Assembly: GCF_009914755.1 (NCBI RefSeq)
Contig: NC_060932.1
DNA length: 64,000 nt
Direction: 5' to 3' (one strand)
From: the human T2T-CHM13v2.0 reference genome, Homo sapiens
Below are positions 46,565 through 60,683 of this stretch, one piece after another; the first letter of the stretch is position 1, and each line of letters opens with the position of its first letter. Below the pieces are notes generated by a model. The model did not search any database and was not told where the DNA came from. It saw nothing but the letters and a program-made list of their open reading frames with translations. Made by a program: the position numbers and the translations under genes.

Positions 46565-47050
46565 TCAGCTGGACATCATCAGCAGGGAGAGCAAGTGTGT
46601 TTTTGTGAGAATTACGTCAAGATAGGTAACAGATGAGGAAGAAATTTGGGCTTGACTGAAGTAATGGGGGCTGTCTGTGAAGCTTTGCAGCAGTACAGCC
46701 CAGGTAATTTGCTGAGCCTGATGGGTGTCAGGGTCAGTCCAAGTGAAAGCGAAGAGAGGCTGGGATGAAGGGTGCAAAGGAATAGTAAAGAAAGCATGTT
46801 TGAGATCTGGAACAGAGTAATGGGTTGTGGAGGGAGGTATTGAGGTTAGGAGACTATATGGGTTTGGCACCACGGGGTGGATAGGCAAAACAATCTGGTT
46901 GATAAGGTGCAGATCCTGAACTAACCTGTAAGACTTGTCTGGTTCTAGGACAGGTAAAATGGGGAAATTGTAAGGAGAGTTTATAGGCTTTAAAAGGCCA
47001 TGCTGTAGCAAGTGAGTGATAACAGGCTTTAATCCTTTTAAAGCGTGCCG
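46565..47050 (-). pseudogene. pol: HERV-H pol reverse transcriptase remnant
   Basis: ORF contains SYRLVQDL, DLKHAFFTIPL, FAFTW and W.VL.Q.F.DSP motifs; the YxDD motif is absent. Confidence 0.92.
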
Positions 47051-47149
47051 TGGGATGGGATATTGGCATTAAGTGGGCTAAGGGTGATTAGGTTTTAATG
47101 GGATGGTAAGGGGTGCATGATGGGTTGCTAAGGAGGGAGTAGAGGTATT

Positions 47150-47525
47150 CTATACTTGTGGGTTAAGGTGGGGAGATACAGGGGGAGGATGTGAAGGACA
47201 CTTTGAACTGGGGGAAAAGGTGGCAATGAGGTGTGGCTGTAGCCCAGGAATAGTCAGGGAAGCAGATAATTTAGTTAAAGTGTCTTGGCCTAATAAGGGA
47301 ACCGGGCAGGTGGGGATAACAAAAAAGGAGTGCTTAAAAGAGTATTGTCTAAGTTGGCACCAGAGTTGGGGAGTTTTAAGAGGTTTAGAAGTCTGGCCAT
47401 CAATACCCACAATGCTTATGGAGGCCAGGGAAACAGGCCCTTCAAAAGAAGGTAATGTGGAGTGGGTAGCCTCCGTATTGATTAAGAAGGGGATGGACTT
47501 ACCCTCCACTGTGAGAGTTACCTAA
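47150..47525 (-). pseudogene. pro: HERV-H protease remnant
   Basis: FLINTEATHS (catalytic DTG degenerated to NTE), VGIDG flap, CPVPLLG.D.L motif. Confidence 0.9.
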
Positions 47526-47599
47526 AGCTCGGTGTCTGTGTTGGTCTACAGGGCTTCCGAGGTGATCTGGCAGCGTCAGTCTTCAGCCACTAAGCTGAG

Positions 47600-48600
47600 A
47601 AGATCTGGGAAGGAGTCAGTCAGAGAGCCTTGGGCCAGAGTTCCAGGGGCTCTGGGAGTGGCTGCCAGGTGAGTTGAACAGTCCGATTTTCAGTGGGGTC
47701 CTGCACAGATGGGATGTGGCTTAGGAGGAATCCCAGGCTGCAGGCATTCCTTGGCCTAGTGGCCAGATTTCTGGCACTTGTAGCAAGCTCCTGGGGGAGG
47801 CGGGCCTGGAGGAACACCTGGCCACTGCGGTTTAGGCATTTGGAAGTTCTTGTGTGCTGGAGATGTGGCTGGGGTTTGTCTCACAGTGGAGGCAAGGAAT
47901 TGCAACTCAGAAATATGTTGCTACTTGGCTGCCTCTATTATTGTACACCTTGAAGGTGAGGTTAATTAAGTCCTGTTGTGGGGTTTGAGGGCTGGAATTT
48001 AATTTTTGGAGTTTTATTTAATGTCGGGAGCAGATTGGATAATAAAATGTATATTGAGAATAAGATGGCCTTTTGACCTTTTAGGGTCTAGGGCTGTAAA
48101 GCATCTCAGGGGTGCTGCCAAACGAGTCAGGAACTGGGCTGGGTTTTTATATTTGATGAAAAAGAGCCTAAACGCTCTCTGATTTGGGATAAAGAAAAAG
48201 GAGCGTTAACCTTGACTATGCCTTTAGCTCCAGCCACGTTTTAAAGAAGAAATTGCTGGGCAGGTTGGGGAGGGCTAGTCATGGAACAAAACTGCAAGCC
48301 GGACTGGCTGTGAGGAGGAGAGGTGATAAAAGGATTATAGGGTGGAGAAGTGGAGGCTAAGGAAGAACTGGGACCTAGCTCGGCCTGGCGAGGAGGGGAG
48401 AGGTCAGATGGGTCTGTAAAAAAGGAAGATTGGAAAGACTCAGCGACACTTGGGGTTGAGACTGAAGGGACAGGCAGTAGTAAAAGAAGGAAGATTTGGG
48501 GTGAGTCACATTGGGAACAGAGACTAGGCAGGGACTGATGTGTAAAAGAATGCCTGGACGTCAGGCACTTCAGACCATTTGCCCATTTTACGACAAGAAT
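47600..48600 (-). pseudogene. gag: HERV-H gag remnant
   Basis: Minus strand near 47680-47792 reads CYKCQKSGH*AKEC...HPICAGPH*KSDC, i.e. zinc-knuckle remnants with stops. The upstream boundary is approximate. Confidence 0.8.
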
Positions 48601-48789
48601 TATTTAGATCTTGTAGGATGGAAAGATTGAAAGTGCCGTTTTCTGGCTATTTGGAACCACTGTCAAGTTTGTATTGGGGTCAAGTGGCATTGCAGAAGAA
48701 AATAATGGAGGGGGGAAGCTTGCCCATAGTGAAGGAGGCGAGCCCAGAGAAAAGAGAGAGTAGAGACACGGAGAGAAGGGGTAGGGGAT

Positions 48790-49140
48790 TTTTGCCTCCC
48801 AGAAAAGTGGAGAAGGGGTTGGGGCATGGAAATAAGGGGTTGGGGCACAGAGATAAGAGGTCAGGGTACAGAAATAAGGGATTGGGATACAGAGATAAGA
48901 GGTTGGGGTGTGGAAATAAGGGATCAGGGTGCACAGATAAGAGGTCAGGGTGTGGAAATAAGGGATCAGTGGGTTCTTGCCCCCTAGAAAAGCGGTACTT
49001 GCCGCTAAGGGTGAAGGAGAAGGGGTTGGGGGCTTCTTGCCCCCCAGAAAAGTGGAGAAGGGGTAGAGACACAGAGAGAAGGGGTTGGGGGGTTCTTGCC
49101 CCCCAGAAAAGCGGTACTTGCCACTAAGGGTGAAGGACCA
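48790..49140 (-). repeat. HERV-H leader tandem repeats
   Basis: About 7 copies of a 21-bp unit (ga[a/g]ataag[a/g]g...ggg...) at 48829-48968, plus duplicated 'cccc..gaaaagcggtacttgcc.ctaagggtgaagga'. Confidence 0.85.
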
Positions 49141-49554
49141 AGGCAGGCGTCCCCGCGTGGTCAGACACCTGTGAAAGGTGGGTGAATAATCAGAGAGGTG
49201 TCCCTGCAATGATTAAACACCAAGGGAAGTCTGCCTTCCAGAGTCCGTGACCGGTGCCGGAGTTTTAGGTCCACAGATAAAACGTGTCTCCTTTGTCTCT
49301 ACCAGAAAATGAAAGGAATTGAAATTAAGAGAAGGGAGAGATTGAAGGTTGGCGCCAAGATTGAAAGGAGAAAGTGGTTGAGGGATAGTGAGAGAGGTTG
49401 GAGAAGAGAGGAAGAAGAGGCCGCTTACCCAATTTAAAATTGGTAAGATGTTCCTTGGGCTGGTGGGTCTGAGGACCTAAGGTCATAGGTGGGTCTTTTC
49501 CACAGAGTAAAGAGCAGGAGGACAGGGGATTGATCTTCCAAGGGAGGTCCCCCA

Positions 49555-49572
49555 GTCCGAGTCACAGCACCA
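49555..49572 (-). other. Primer binding site, tRNA-His type
   Basis: Minus strand TGGTGCTGTGACTCGGAC lies 2 nt after the 5' LTR, close to the recalled HERV-H PBS TGGTGCCGTGACTCGGAT. Confidence 0.9.
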
Positions 49573-49574
49573 AA

Positions 49575-49924
49575 TTTCATGCGTGTCCACATGAAGAGAC
49601 CACCAAACAGGCTTTGTGTGAGCAACAAGGCTGTTTATTTCACCTGGGTGCAGGCGGGCTGAGTCTGAAAAGAGAGTCAGCAAACGGAGATGAGGGTGGG
49701 GCCACTTTATTGGATTCGGGTAGGTAAAGGAAAAAGGGGGGTTCTCTGGCAGGCAGGAATGGAGGTCATGAGGTTCTCAGTAGGGGAGCTTTTGAGCCAG
49801 GATGAGCCAGGAGAAGGAATTTCACAAGATAATGTCATCAATTAAGGCAGGAACCAGCCATCTGGATGTGTATGTGCAGGTCAAAGGGGATATGATGGCT
49901 TAGCTTGGGCTCAGAGGCCTGACA
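49575..49924 (-). promoter_or_regulatory. HERV-H 5' LTR (LTR7), 350 bp, degenerate U3
   Basis: Direct repeat of the 3' LTR lacking one 51-bp U3 unit; adjoins the PBS. Confidence 0.95.
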
Positions 49925-52219
49925 CCTTCCCCTCTGTCACTGTATAGATTTTTATTCTTATTTTTTGCTTAGTGCTTTTATTTTTAAGATAATTACACTT
50001 ATATGACCCTAGCTACTTCCCCACTTCTTTCATTTTTCACCTCTCAATTTTCATTACATATACCTAGCTGTGTTTTCAGCATTTGTAATATTCATATTCC
50101 ACAATGTAACTGTGAATATCTATTTCTGTTAGTTTTAGCTCTACATTTAAATAATTTTAATACTCCCCTCCTCAAATCATTTTTCCAGTTGTTTGTTTGC
50201 AAGGTTTTCTATCTGGTATTTTTGCCAGGAAAGGATTTTTGTAACAATATTTTTATAATTATTTTGTATTTAGTGGTAGGTCTATTATAAGTGAATGCCA
50301 AATTGACTATAAAACTATTGAGTGACACTTTTCTCGATGTTGTTGGATGCAATGTTACTCTTCAAGAATTGAAGGTGCTGTCAAGAATGTGAAGCCACCG
50401 TAGTATTTGACCCTTTTAAGTTAATTATTCTTTTTGTGTTGAGCCCCCAAATATTTTTTTTCTTTAGTTCTAGCATGCAGCACCTTTAATAGAATATCTT
50501 CACGTTGTTCTTAGAGGGAATACAGTGTGCCTTTTCAATGTGTGCTATGAAGTATTGTTTTATTTCTTTAAAAATGTTTTTTTTAATTATAATCACATGT
50601 ATTTTTTGCGATGACCTTAAGTCTTCATTCAGTGAACACCAGATATGCTGGTATCCTTGTATATGCTGAATATCCTTGGTCTATCTTCATATGTGTAATT
50701 TATTTACAATATTTATAAAGTATTTGTGTTTAATTTGTTGTTCTTCTGTTTCCGTATCCTTTCTTCTTCCTGTGTTCTCAGCAATATTGTTTGTTTAGCT
50801 TTCAATGTGACTTTCATTCCACATATAGTTGTATTTTTTCCACCTTTTCCTGTACACTGCCAGTCATGTTTCACTTTCTTTTGTCAACCATGACTTACGT
50901 AAGCGGTTGCATTTCTTATCCTTCTTTTATTTTATGAAAGTGGTTGCTTTAGGCTTCTATTCCTTAATGAGTAGGAATATAGTTGGAATCTACTTTCTGG
51001 AAAGAGTTGCCAATAGAGTGCTTTTGGCTGCCATGCATTTCTCGTGTTATTTTCCCCTTTGGTTTGCTTATTCTTTCTTTTCTTTAGATTTTTAAATTTT
51101 TAATATTTGTGGATTTTTGTTTGTAGTCATCCTAGACTCATTTTTGCAATTGTTATTTCCGCTATTCCTTAGTATTTCTTGATTGAGCTGTTTTGTTTTG
51201 TTTTTTTTTTTAAAAAAAAAAACTGAGTGAAGAGGGCAAACCTGCGTTGCTGGCTAGCAAGTCTTAAGAAGAGTCCCCTGCCAGCCAGTGGATCTCCATG
51301 GCATAGTTATTACCGAGGCTGCTACTCAGGTGTCACACCTGTGTTGGAGGAGACTCCTTTGCTGGATTTCTATGTTTGTAACCACAGATCATGGTCTGTT
51401 TCTTCCTGCGTGCTGATTTGTCCTCATGGGTCTCAGTGTCCCTCCCTGTAATGTGTCTGACAAACACAGGCTGTGCCTCCCTTGGGCAGAATGGTTTCTC
51501 ACTCCTCTTGCTTTTGAAGAGAAGAAAAGGGAGAACGATTTTTAATTTTTAACCATTTATGTTAAAACCTGAATCTTATGTTTGTACTTTTTTATATTTT
51601 GGAAAGTTTTATTGAAACATGCCATCACCTTATAATAGGAAATGTAAAATAAATAGCCTCAGGTTGGGTGGTAGATGTGAGGGCCCTGCTTCCCTGATAG
51701 GATATTTATCATATTCTTAATGCATTGCCACTTTTAAGACATTTCTCTTCTCTTATGTCCAATATTTTTTACTTGTTCATGAGTTTTGATCAATGAAGAC
51801 TAAAAATGGTGCATCAATAATATTTGGAAATAATACTAATATTAAATAAGAAAATATTAATAAAATTATATTTTAACTGTTTTCATATACTATTATATAT
51901 TTTATAATATAGAGTTATAAAGTTAAAATGATACAAGAGAATTTTTATAATATTAGATTATAATTCTTAACTGAAATGAGATATTAAAAGTATCATATAA
52001 GCTATCTTGAAAGAAATCAGTAAAAATGGCATGGAAACTAATAAGGGAAGTAAGTGGAATGCTGTTGTGAACCTCCAGATGAATATTCAATTTGTTCAAT
52101 TTTAATTTCAATTTAGGAGAAAAATCACATTTTTTCTTAATAGACCTTTGTTCTATCTCCATAAAAATTTTAGTTCTCATTAAAATTGACCGAATCTAAA
52201 AATGAATTAAGAATGAGGA

Positions 52220-52560
52220 ATGATGTCAGCAAAATAGTGAGATAAGCTGCTTCAAGCTCCTGGCCCCCACAAAGACATTTTAAAAAACAAGAAGAAACTG
52301 TCAGAACTCACCTTGTCAGAGCTCTGAGAAACAGTCGAAGACCTACAGCAAACACTGAATAGAGAACAAGGCAGTGGTGGAAAAGCTTCTTGGTATTTTT
52401 TTCTCCTCCTCGCCTGCCTGCTCCACAGCTCCACTAAAGTTAGAGGAGGAGCTCCTGTTCCCAGTTGGGACCATGGGTCCAGTCTTCAAATGGAGCTAAG
52501 CGGACCTTACAAATTGCTGTGTGGCTTGTTCTCTCTTTCTCAGAGCTACTATAAGGTCTA
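52220..52560 (+). mobile_element. Probable old L1M 5' UTR fragment
   Basis: 'gatgtcagcaaaatagtg...aactcaccttgtcagagctctgagaaacagtc' resembles L1M 5' ends. Confidence 0.45.
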
Positions 52561-53258
52561 ATGCAAAATGTTTGTTGTCTGACTTTGATGTCACACACAA
52601 TAACTCTTAAAGATCCATATTTAAGAAAATAAAAGCTCCAGAAATTAAAGTAAAAATAGAAAAAAAAGGGACCCTATCAATTAACCCACATAAGAGCCCA
52701 ACATATCCACAGTCTCTTTGCACCACCGTCTCACCTCTCATCTGTCTTCTTCTTAAGCTCACTGTAATGGTTATGTTTGTCCTTATGATGCAGTTCTACT
52801 TCTCGTATGAAAGGAACATGGGTAAATTATTTTAGGTAATGTCACCATGCCTTAGGACACTATGGAAAGTCATTTTACATTTCTTCTCAAATAATTTACC
52901 CACTTCGGGAAAGCATATGCTGCAGCAGTTAAAATTTTCATTTTTAACTCAAACTTTTCAAAACTTCTTTATTTATTTAACCTAAAACTCATTTAGAAAA
53001 GCAAGTTATCATGTGGGGGAGAAATAAGGAAAGTTACATCCTATGCATGTGAAAAGAAAAAAATGAGCACAGCCGTGTTCCTGGGTACAGAGGAAGGGCA
53101 TTTGAAGGCCAAGAGCACAAGTAGAGCCAATGGCATTTGTAGGTACTGGAAGCCAGAACAAGGACACTTTCAGTTAGGGGATGAAGATACTGTTGAATAA
53201 AAGAAATTTCAACAACTTCTGCAAACTCCTCTTTAATCTCTGAAGTATGCTGCAAGTA

Positions 53259-53807
53259 TGTTTTAGCCTTGAGGGATGTGTTGGGAAATGACCCCTGTGT
53301 GCTGGGTCAGACTCTCTCAACTGTCTTTTTCTTTCTCTCTTTTGGTTGGTGTCTAACCTTTGCAGCGCAATCACTGCACTTTAGGGTTTTGTGAAAGCAC
53401 TTCAGCTTGAGGGGTTCCGTTTGCATTCTTCAGCTGCTGACACACTGGCTGACATAAACGGGAGTTGCGGAAGAGTTGGCTTCCCATGGGGGACCCTGCT
53501 CAAGGAGAAATAGACGTTAGAAAAACCTTGGGCAGATAAACTCCCTCATTTTTCTCTCTCCTGTGAGTCACTCAAAGGTAGAACTCCATGTAGCTTTCAA
53601 GCAAAAGTCCTATGTGAAGACTTGCTGAGACTCTTGGAGGACTGTTTTGAAACAATGCCTAGCCTGAAAACAGATCGAATTCATGTGCATCTTTCTTCGC
53701 CTCACTTTGATTTTCTCTTTATGCTTTCCTGAGTTTGCACCTAAGTGAAGTGTTAGCATGTTAATCTCTGTCTTGACTCTGCTTTCTACAGGAACTGAGC
53801 TAACACA
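53259..53807 (+). mobile_element. Probable ERVL LTR16-like solo LTR
   Basis: TG...CA block ending 'ctctgctttctacaggaactgagctaacaca'. Confidence 0.5.
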
Positions 53808-55587
53808 GCTAGCCAATTTGAAATAAACCAATATTAGGATGACATTTGAAGATTTATAATTAAGGCAGCCAATGCTGGCTAGATGGGTGTTTTTATTTCA
53901 ATATTATCCTGAAGATTGCTTTATCTATTTTAGGAAAGCATGTGAAAAACCCTTAAAATTTGGCTGTTTAATTAAGAATTGTAATTTTTAAAAGTCAATG
54001 ATATAAGACGTTAATGAAAGAAATCAAAGAAGATTTAAATAACTGGAGAGATATTCCCTGGTCATGGACTGAAACATTTGATATCATTTTGATGTTCATT
54101 TTTCCAAAATTAATATATAGATCCAAGGCAATGCCAGTCAAAACCCTGGCATGCTATTTTGTAGATATCGACAAACTGACACCAGCGTTTAAATAGAAAG
54201 GCAAAACTCTAGAATAACAAGCATGATACTGAAGAAGAACAAAGTTGAAGGACCAACACTAATAAATTTCAAGACTTACTGTAAAGCTACATTAATCAAG
54301 ACAGTAAGGTATTGGTGAAAGAATAGGTACATGGATCAATGAAACACAAAATGCAATCTAAAAATAGACTCACAAAATATAGTGAACGGATCTTTGGAAA
54401 AAAAAAAAGCACAAAGGCAATTCAATGAAGAAAGGAAAGTCCTCTCAACAAATGGTGCTGGAAAGATTAGTGTGTTTATAGTTTTAAAAAAAGAAGAAAG
54501 AGAGCCTATACAGAGACCTTAAACCTTTCAAAAAAAATTGACATCACCTATCTCACACACCTATGATTAAAGAGCAAAGGTCTAAAACTTCTTGAACAAA
54601 ATGTAGGAAAAAATACAAATGGCTTTGAATTTTGTTCTGAGCTTTTAGATTCATACTGAAAGAACCATTAATGAAATTTTTAAAAATGTTGCTTTGGACT
54701 TTATTAAAACAAAAACTTGTTTACAAAAGACACTATTAAGAGAATCTAAACAAAAGCCACACAGTGGAAGAAATATTTTCAATACATATATCTGATGAAG
54801 GGCTTTTATCTAAAATATGCAAAGAAATGCTTTTCAAATTCAACAATAAGAAAACAAACTCAATTAAAAAGTAGGCAAACCATCTAAATGGACACCTCCC
54901 CAAACAAGATGCAGAGATTGCAAACAAGCATGGAAAGAAGCTTAACATTATTTGTCATCAGGGAAATGCAAATTAGCACAACAATGAGATGCTATTACAC
55001 ATCTATTAATTACTTCAAACCAGAAATCTTGACAATACCAACTACTGATAAGGATATGAAACAATAGGGACTCTCTCATTCATTGCTGGTGGGAATGCAA
55101 ACTCTTACAGCACCTTGGAAGATAACTTGACAGTTTCTTGTAAAGCTAAGCATACTGTCACCATACTACACATTAGTTGCATTCTCAGATATTTACTCCA
55201 ATGATTTGTAAACTTATGTCCGCTTAAAAAATAGGATGTAACTGTTTCTGGCAGTTTATTGTATGATTGCCCCAAATTGGAAGCATCTAAGAGGCCCTTC
55301 AATAGGTGAAAGGATAAGTAAATTGGAGTCCTGAAGTACCTTACACAATAAGGCGTGAATGAACTTCCTATGTGCATTGCTGAGTTAGCGAAGGCAGTGT
55401 GAGATGCTGTATTGTCCATATCTCATTTACATGACATTCTAGAAGAGGCAAACTGTAGATACATGCTAAGCACATCAGTGTTGCCAAGGTTCCATTTTTT
55501 GTATGAGGGAAGGCTGACTAGGTGAGACACAGGGGAAATGTAAGGGCTATGTGAAACGATGATCGTGGCCACGTGACACTTTTGTCA

Positions 55588-56275
<688 letters not shown>

Positions 56276-57429
56276 GGGGATATGTATAAACAATTGTAAA
56301 ACCAGTCTAAATTTATACTGGTAGTAAACAATTAAGTAAATGAGTAGTGGATTATGGGAGCCTGGTTTCCTACTGTTGCAGTGGGAGGTTACATACAAGC
56401 AATGAGAGGAGGTTACAGTGGTGCATGAGGTACAGATTCAAGTTGCAGACCTCGCTATGAACTCATATAGAGCTTAATATAGATACAGATAGTTGCATTT
56501 GGAACCATTTCTGTATATATGTATATGCCAGTCTTACTAACGTTTACTATTCAGTTAATATATATTACTACCACAAATACACATGTTAATTTTACATAAT
56601 CAGCCAAGAAATCAAAATTTCATTGGAACACTGGGCTCCCTCAGGACAGGAACAGGTGCCAGCATATGGCTCTGGCTGGGTCCCCTGAGATTCCTATGGG
56701 TCTGCAGCTGCCAGTGACATTATGGTAAAGTCCCACTAGATTTGGAAAACCTGTTTCTCCATCAATGCCTTTCACTCACAGGATTTTCATTACCTTTTTG
56801 CAAAATCTTCCACTAACAGTCTGTGCATCTTTATTTAAAGAAAATCTTACAAATATCAGATACCTCTGACTCTTGAGCAAAACCCAGCACCAACTAGGAA
56901 AATTCCTGTAGGAAAATGCAGACTTAGTGCCCATCTCTGCTTCTAGCTTCTGTGGGTTCTGTAAAGCCTCTCTGTAACTTCTAACATGGTAGAAAGAAAA
57001 ATCATCAGAGTTCAAGGAATGTGGGTTAAATTCCACATCTGGCTCTATCTGGTTGTGTGACTTTAGGGACATCACTTAACATGCTTGCTTTCCATTTCTC
57101 CACAAGTGTACAGACTACATTCAGTAGATTCATGTAAGGTCTGGGTTAGGGTTGCTGCTGTATCAAATGATGACAAATATGTCCTGAAATTGCTTATAAA
57201 ATATAACTTTGTTCATGAGATTTCTAAGACCAACAATAATTCATTAGCATACAGTGTGTTGAATAATTATTCCTTACACTTAGAATTAATCTAAAATGCA
57301 TAACCTAAGTCACTCTACTTAGCTGCACTTCTAATTCTTGGTGATGTAATTGTTGCACAGCTTGCCCAGCAAACGGCTGAGCTGTAATTAAGGAAATTGT
57401 TGTTTTGGAAGCTTTCCTTGTAACTCCAT

Positions 57430-57830
57430 GCATTTGCACCTACTATTATACCAAGTATCCTTTTCTCAAATCCTGGATTTCTTCTTCTCCCTGGATCAAC
57501 TACACTACATTTCCAATTCTGTCTTACAGTTCGTTGTAGCCACACGACTGATTTCTAGTTAACGTAAGGTGAGCAGAAGAACCGAACAGCTCATAGGCAC
57601 CTGCCACTGCCGCTCTAAATTGTCATTTCTCATTCTGCTGGGTGGACACAGGTGGTGTGAAGGGCCGGAAGGCCCCCAGAACTACACCATGGAAGGAGCC
57701 TGGATCCATGTATCACCCTGGCAGAGAAAGCTTAGTGTTGTCTAACAAGAATAACCGTGAGATTTCATTTGAGTCCTAATACATGTGTGAATTTATTTGT
57801 TGCAAAATTAGCTCATGTTAGCTACATACT
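57430..57830 (+). mobile_element. Probable old MaLR LTR (MLT1I/J-like)
   Basis: 'actacatttcca...gtagccacacgactgatttctag', 'ggagcctggatcc' and 'tttgttgca'. Confidence 0.45.
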
Positions 57831-58649
57831 CCGATTGTAAATATAGTTAATGATTTAAAGCCAAGGTAGTATATTCTCCAACTAACTCTTCCCTCCTAGG
57901 AAGATATGCCAATTTCCTCAGGACAAATTAATCACTCTTCCACAGTGTTCTAAAGGAAATCTGGCCACATTACCATTAAAACACTCACAATGCTGTTTCC
58001 CCTGTCACTGAAAGCGGAAATATGTGCTCAGTTATTTTTCATGCCTAATGCCTTAGAGTTTGTTATCTAGTGAAAATTTGGCCGGGGGAGTCAATAGATC
58101 TGCTGAATGAATAAATGAATGAGTAAATGAGTGAAATGAACCACTAAATTACATTTTAGGCATTTTATTCACAAATTTCCTTCTCAATTTGTCAACCTAT
58201 GGAAACCCCACCCATTCTCCATTCCCTAAGCATAATGTCAAGTGCTACTCCAGTCTTTGAACTTCAAGACTTCTGTTTTACCTTCTTTGCTTATTTGACA
58301 CTCTTCACATTTTTCTGTTACAACAATTATCATCTTGTATTGTTTGTTTGCATCTACAATAAAATATGAATCCAAAAGATGTGCTGTTCAACACATGAAT
58401 GAAGGATACCTCACCTCATAGGAGACCTTGAAAGTAGTGTTGGGGTGAAGACAAAGTGCGCACATCCATTACTGACGATGTTTGTCTTACAAGAAAGCGT
58501 TGTTCCCTGCGTCAAAGCCAGGCCTGCCTATTTACAGTTGCAAATGTGAGTGGTTGTGAGGTTGATAGGAGACAATTATGATGTTAGAGGGTTTGGGTGC
58601 ATAAGCAAGAAGAAATGATGATGTGTATTATAAAATGAACATAGTATAA

Positions 58650-58835
58650 GAGGTGGTTCCAAAGGGTGGTCTCCGGCTCAATAGCATCGGCATGACCTGG
58701 AAACTTAGGAAAATGCAAACTATCAAGCCCCAACCCAGATGTGCTAAAACAGAGATTCTTGGGATAAGGCCCTAAATTCTATGATTTTAACAAATCCTGC
58801 AAGTGATTCTGATGCATAATATTCGAGAACAATTA
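58650..58835. mobile_element. MER5A-like hAT element
   Basis: 'gtggttccaaagggtggtc...gcatcggcatgacctggaaacttaggaaaatgcaaa...gtgattctgatgca'. Confidence 0.7.
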
Positions 58836-59467
58836 GCATGGTGATGATATTTGCTAGCACAGGAGGTAATCCATGACCTAAGCTGCATTATAGAGTATCA
58901 GATTGTCACTCCAGATTTATCTTCTGCCATTGTTTGCAGCACTAACGAGCTGTGTATCCCCCAAAATGTGAATTAACTTTTTCCATGCCCTTATATGTGA
59001 TATTTAGAATTCTGAAAAGCTATCTTAGTTGTCTTTGTAGTTCTAAAACTCTAAAATAGTATAAACTATTCCCATTGTTACCCAAATGAATGTGTTCATG
59101 GAAGGCATTGTGAAAGTCTAAAATATTGCCATTTGCGTGACAATCCCCCATGACCGACTGAAAAAAAAACTGTATGTTTTAATGTATTTCCCTTGACTGA
59201 AAATGGTATGGGGCCACCTGCAAATAATATATCAAGCCCCTTGGACATCTGTGTGTTGGAGAGGAACCAGTGCTCCTGCGCCAGCTCCCCTGTTCTCTGT
59301 GCATGCGGAAGTAGTCATTCGGTTGTGTTTTTGCCTCAGTTTGTTCTTCTGCAACACGTAGACAAAAACTTAATATCTGCAAGTTGCAGAATTATATTAT
59401 GGACATGTTTAAAATGGGAAAGTTGAAATCCTTAGATGGATAAATCCATGCTCACTTGTAGATATGG

Positions 59468-59804
59468 ACTTCAGCTCTTTCCTGGGGCTGCCATAACAAA
59501 GTATCTCTCTCACACACAAAACCTATACAAGGTATCTGTCAGCAAGGTTGGTTTCTCTGGAGCCCTCTCTCCTTGGCTTGTAGATGACCATCTTCTCCCT
59601 ATGTCCTGACATGGTCGTCCCTCTGTGTTTCTCTGTATTCTAGTCTCCTCTCCTTAGGTCTTTTCCACCAGACCTATTGGATTAGCGCCCACTCTAATGA
59701 CCTCATTTAATTTAATAATCTCTTCAAAGACCCTATCTTAAACACAATCATGATCTGAAGACTTCGATATGTGAATTTCAGGTGAACACAATTCAACCTC
59801 TAAC
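59468..59804 (-). mobile_element. MaLR solo LTR (MLT1B-like)
   Basis: 'ggggctgccataacaaagta' ... 'ctaatgacctcatttaatt' ... 'acacaattcaacctctaaca'. Confidence 0.75.
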
Positions 59805-60683
59805 ATGGAATTCATTGAAGAATCTACACAACCCCTAAGCAGTATTTGGAAGAAGAATGGTTATTCCTAAAGACCTGAAATGTCTCCAAGCTCCTTAATC
59901 AGACTGCAGAATGGATGAAAATAATACTCATGTTCATATATGTTTGGACCATGCCTAATAATAGAAGCTTTTTTGTTCTTTTTCTAATTCAATTATTCTG
60001 ACCAGTTTACAGTCAAACATAAAATATTATGATAAGTACATACAGATTATATATAAACAATAGTATCTATAATGCCCAACACTGTCTTTTATTCCTTAGA
60101 ATTAAAAGGAAGTTCAAATTTCCATCATAAAAGAGAAGCTACATACATTTAATCCTGATAAAATGTTCATTATCTTTTTCAATACACATTCACAGGCCAG
60201 CCATAGTTGATGCTAAACTGAGATGAATATTTATTAAATATTATCAGAAAAATATCAATTAGTTTGTAAAGCATTGTTGGGTTTCTCTCATTACTGGCTG
60301 AAATTTGGAATAAATTATTATATATACTTACCCAGTGAGTCCTTTATCCTGCTGTAGGCTGATAATCATACATAAAAACATGATAGGTGACAAAATCACA
60401 CAAAAACGTGTGGAAGATGAACTGTCTGTAGTGTAAGATGTTTCTTATGAGCTTAAGCTCCAAAAATGAGATTTAATTTATCTTTAGTAATATTATTGCC
60501 ATTATTAGAGTTTTAAAATCTCTGTGAGTTGTTTGGAATGGGTAAGCCTTATTTCTGGTTGCGTATTAACGTGGAAATTATCAACAAAGTTAGCCATGTA
60601 TACCAGTATTTTTCAGACTACACTTTAAACCAAGAATTCACTAGTTAGGAAAATATGCTAAGTGCTACCTTGTGGGTTGTATT

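Larger units (their letters stand above)
44146..49924 (-). mobile_element. HERV-H provirus, common internally deleted type (5779 bp, two LTR7s)
   Basis: Two LTR7 copies, His-tRNA PBS, PPT, gag/pro/pol remnants, no full env; perfect TSD CCTTC at 44141-44145 and 49925-49929. Confidence 0.97.

Noticed and set aside
48829-48968. Regularly spaced repeats superficially like a CRISPR array
   Set aside because: Tandem units without unique spacers, inside a human ERV, and no cas genes.
48579-49209. 182-201 aa ORFs with 7-residue repeats
   Set aside because: These are translations of the 21-bp HERV-H leader tandem repeats.
51200-51223. Perfect palindrome G-T11-A11-C
   Set aside because: Low-complexity homopolymer juxtaposition.
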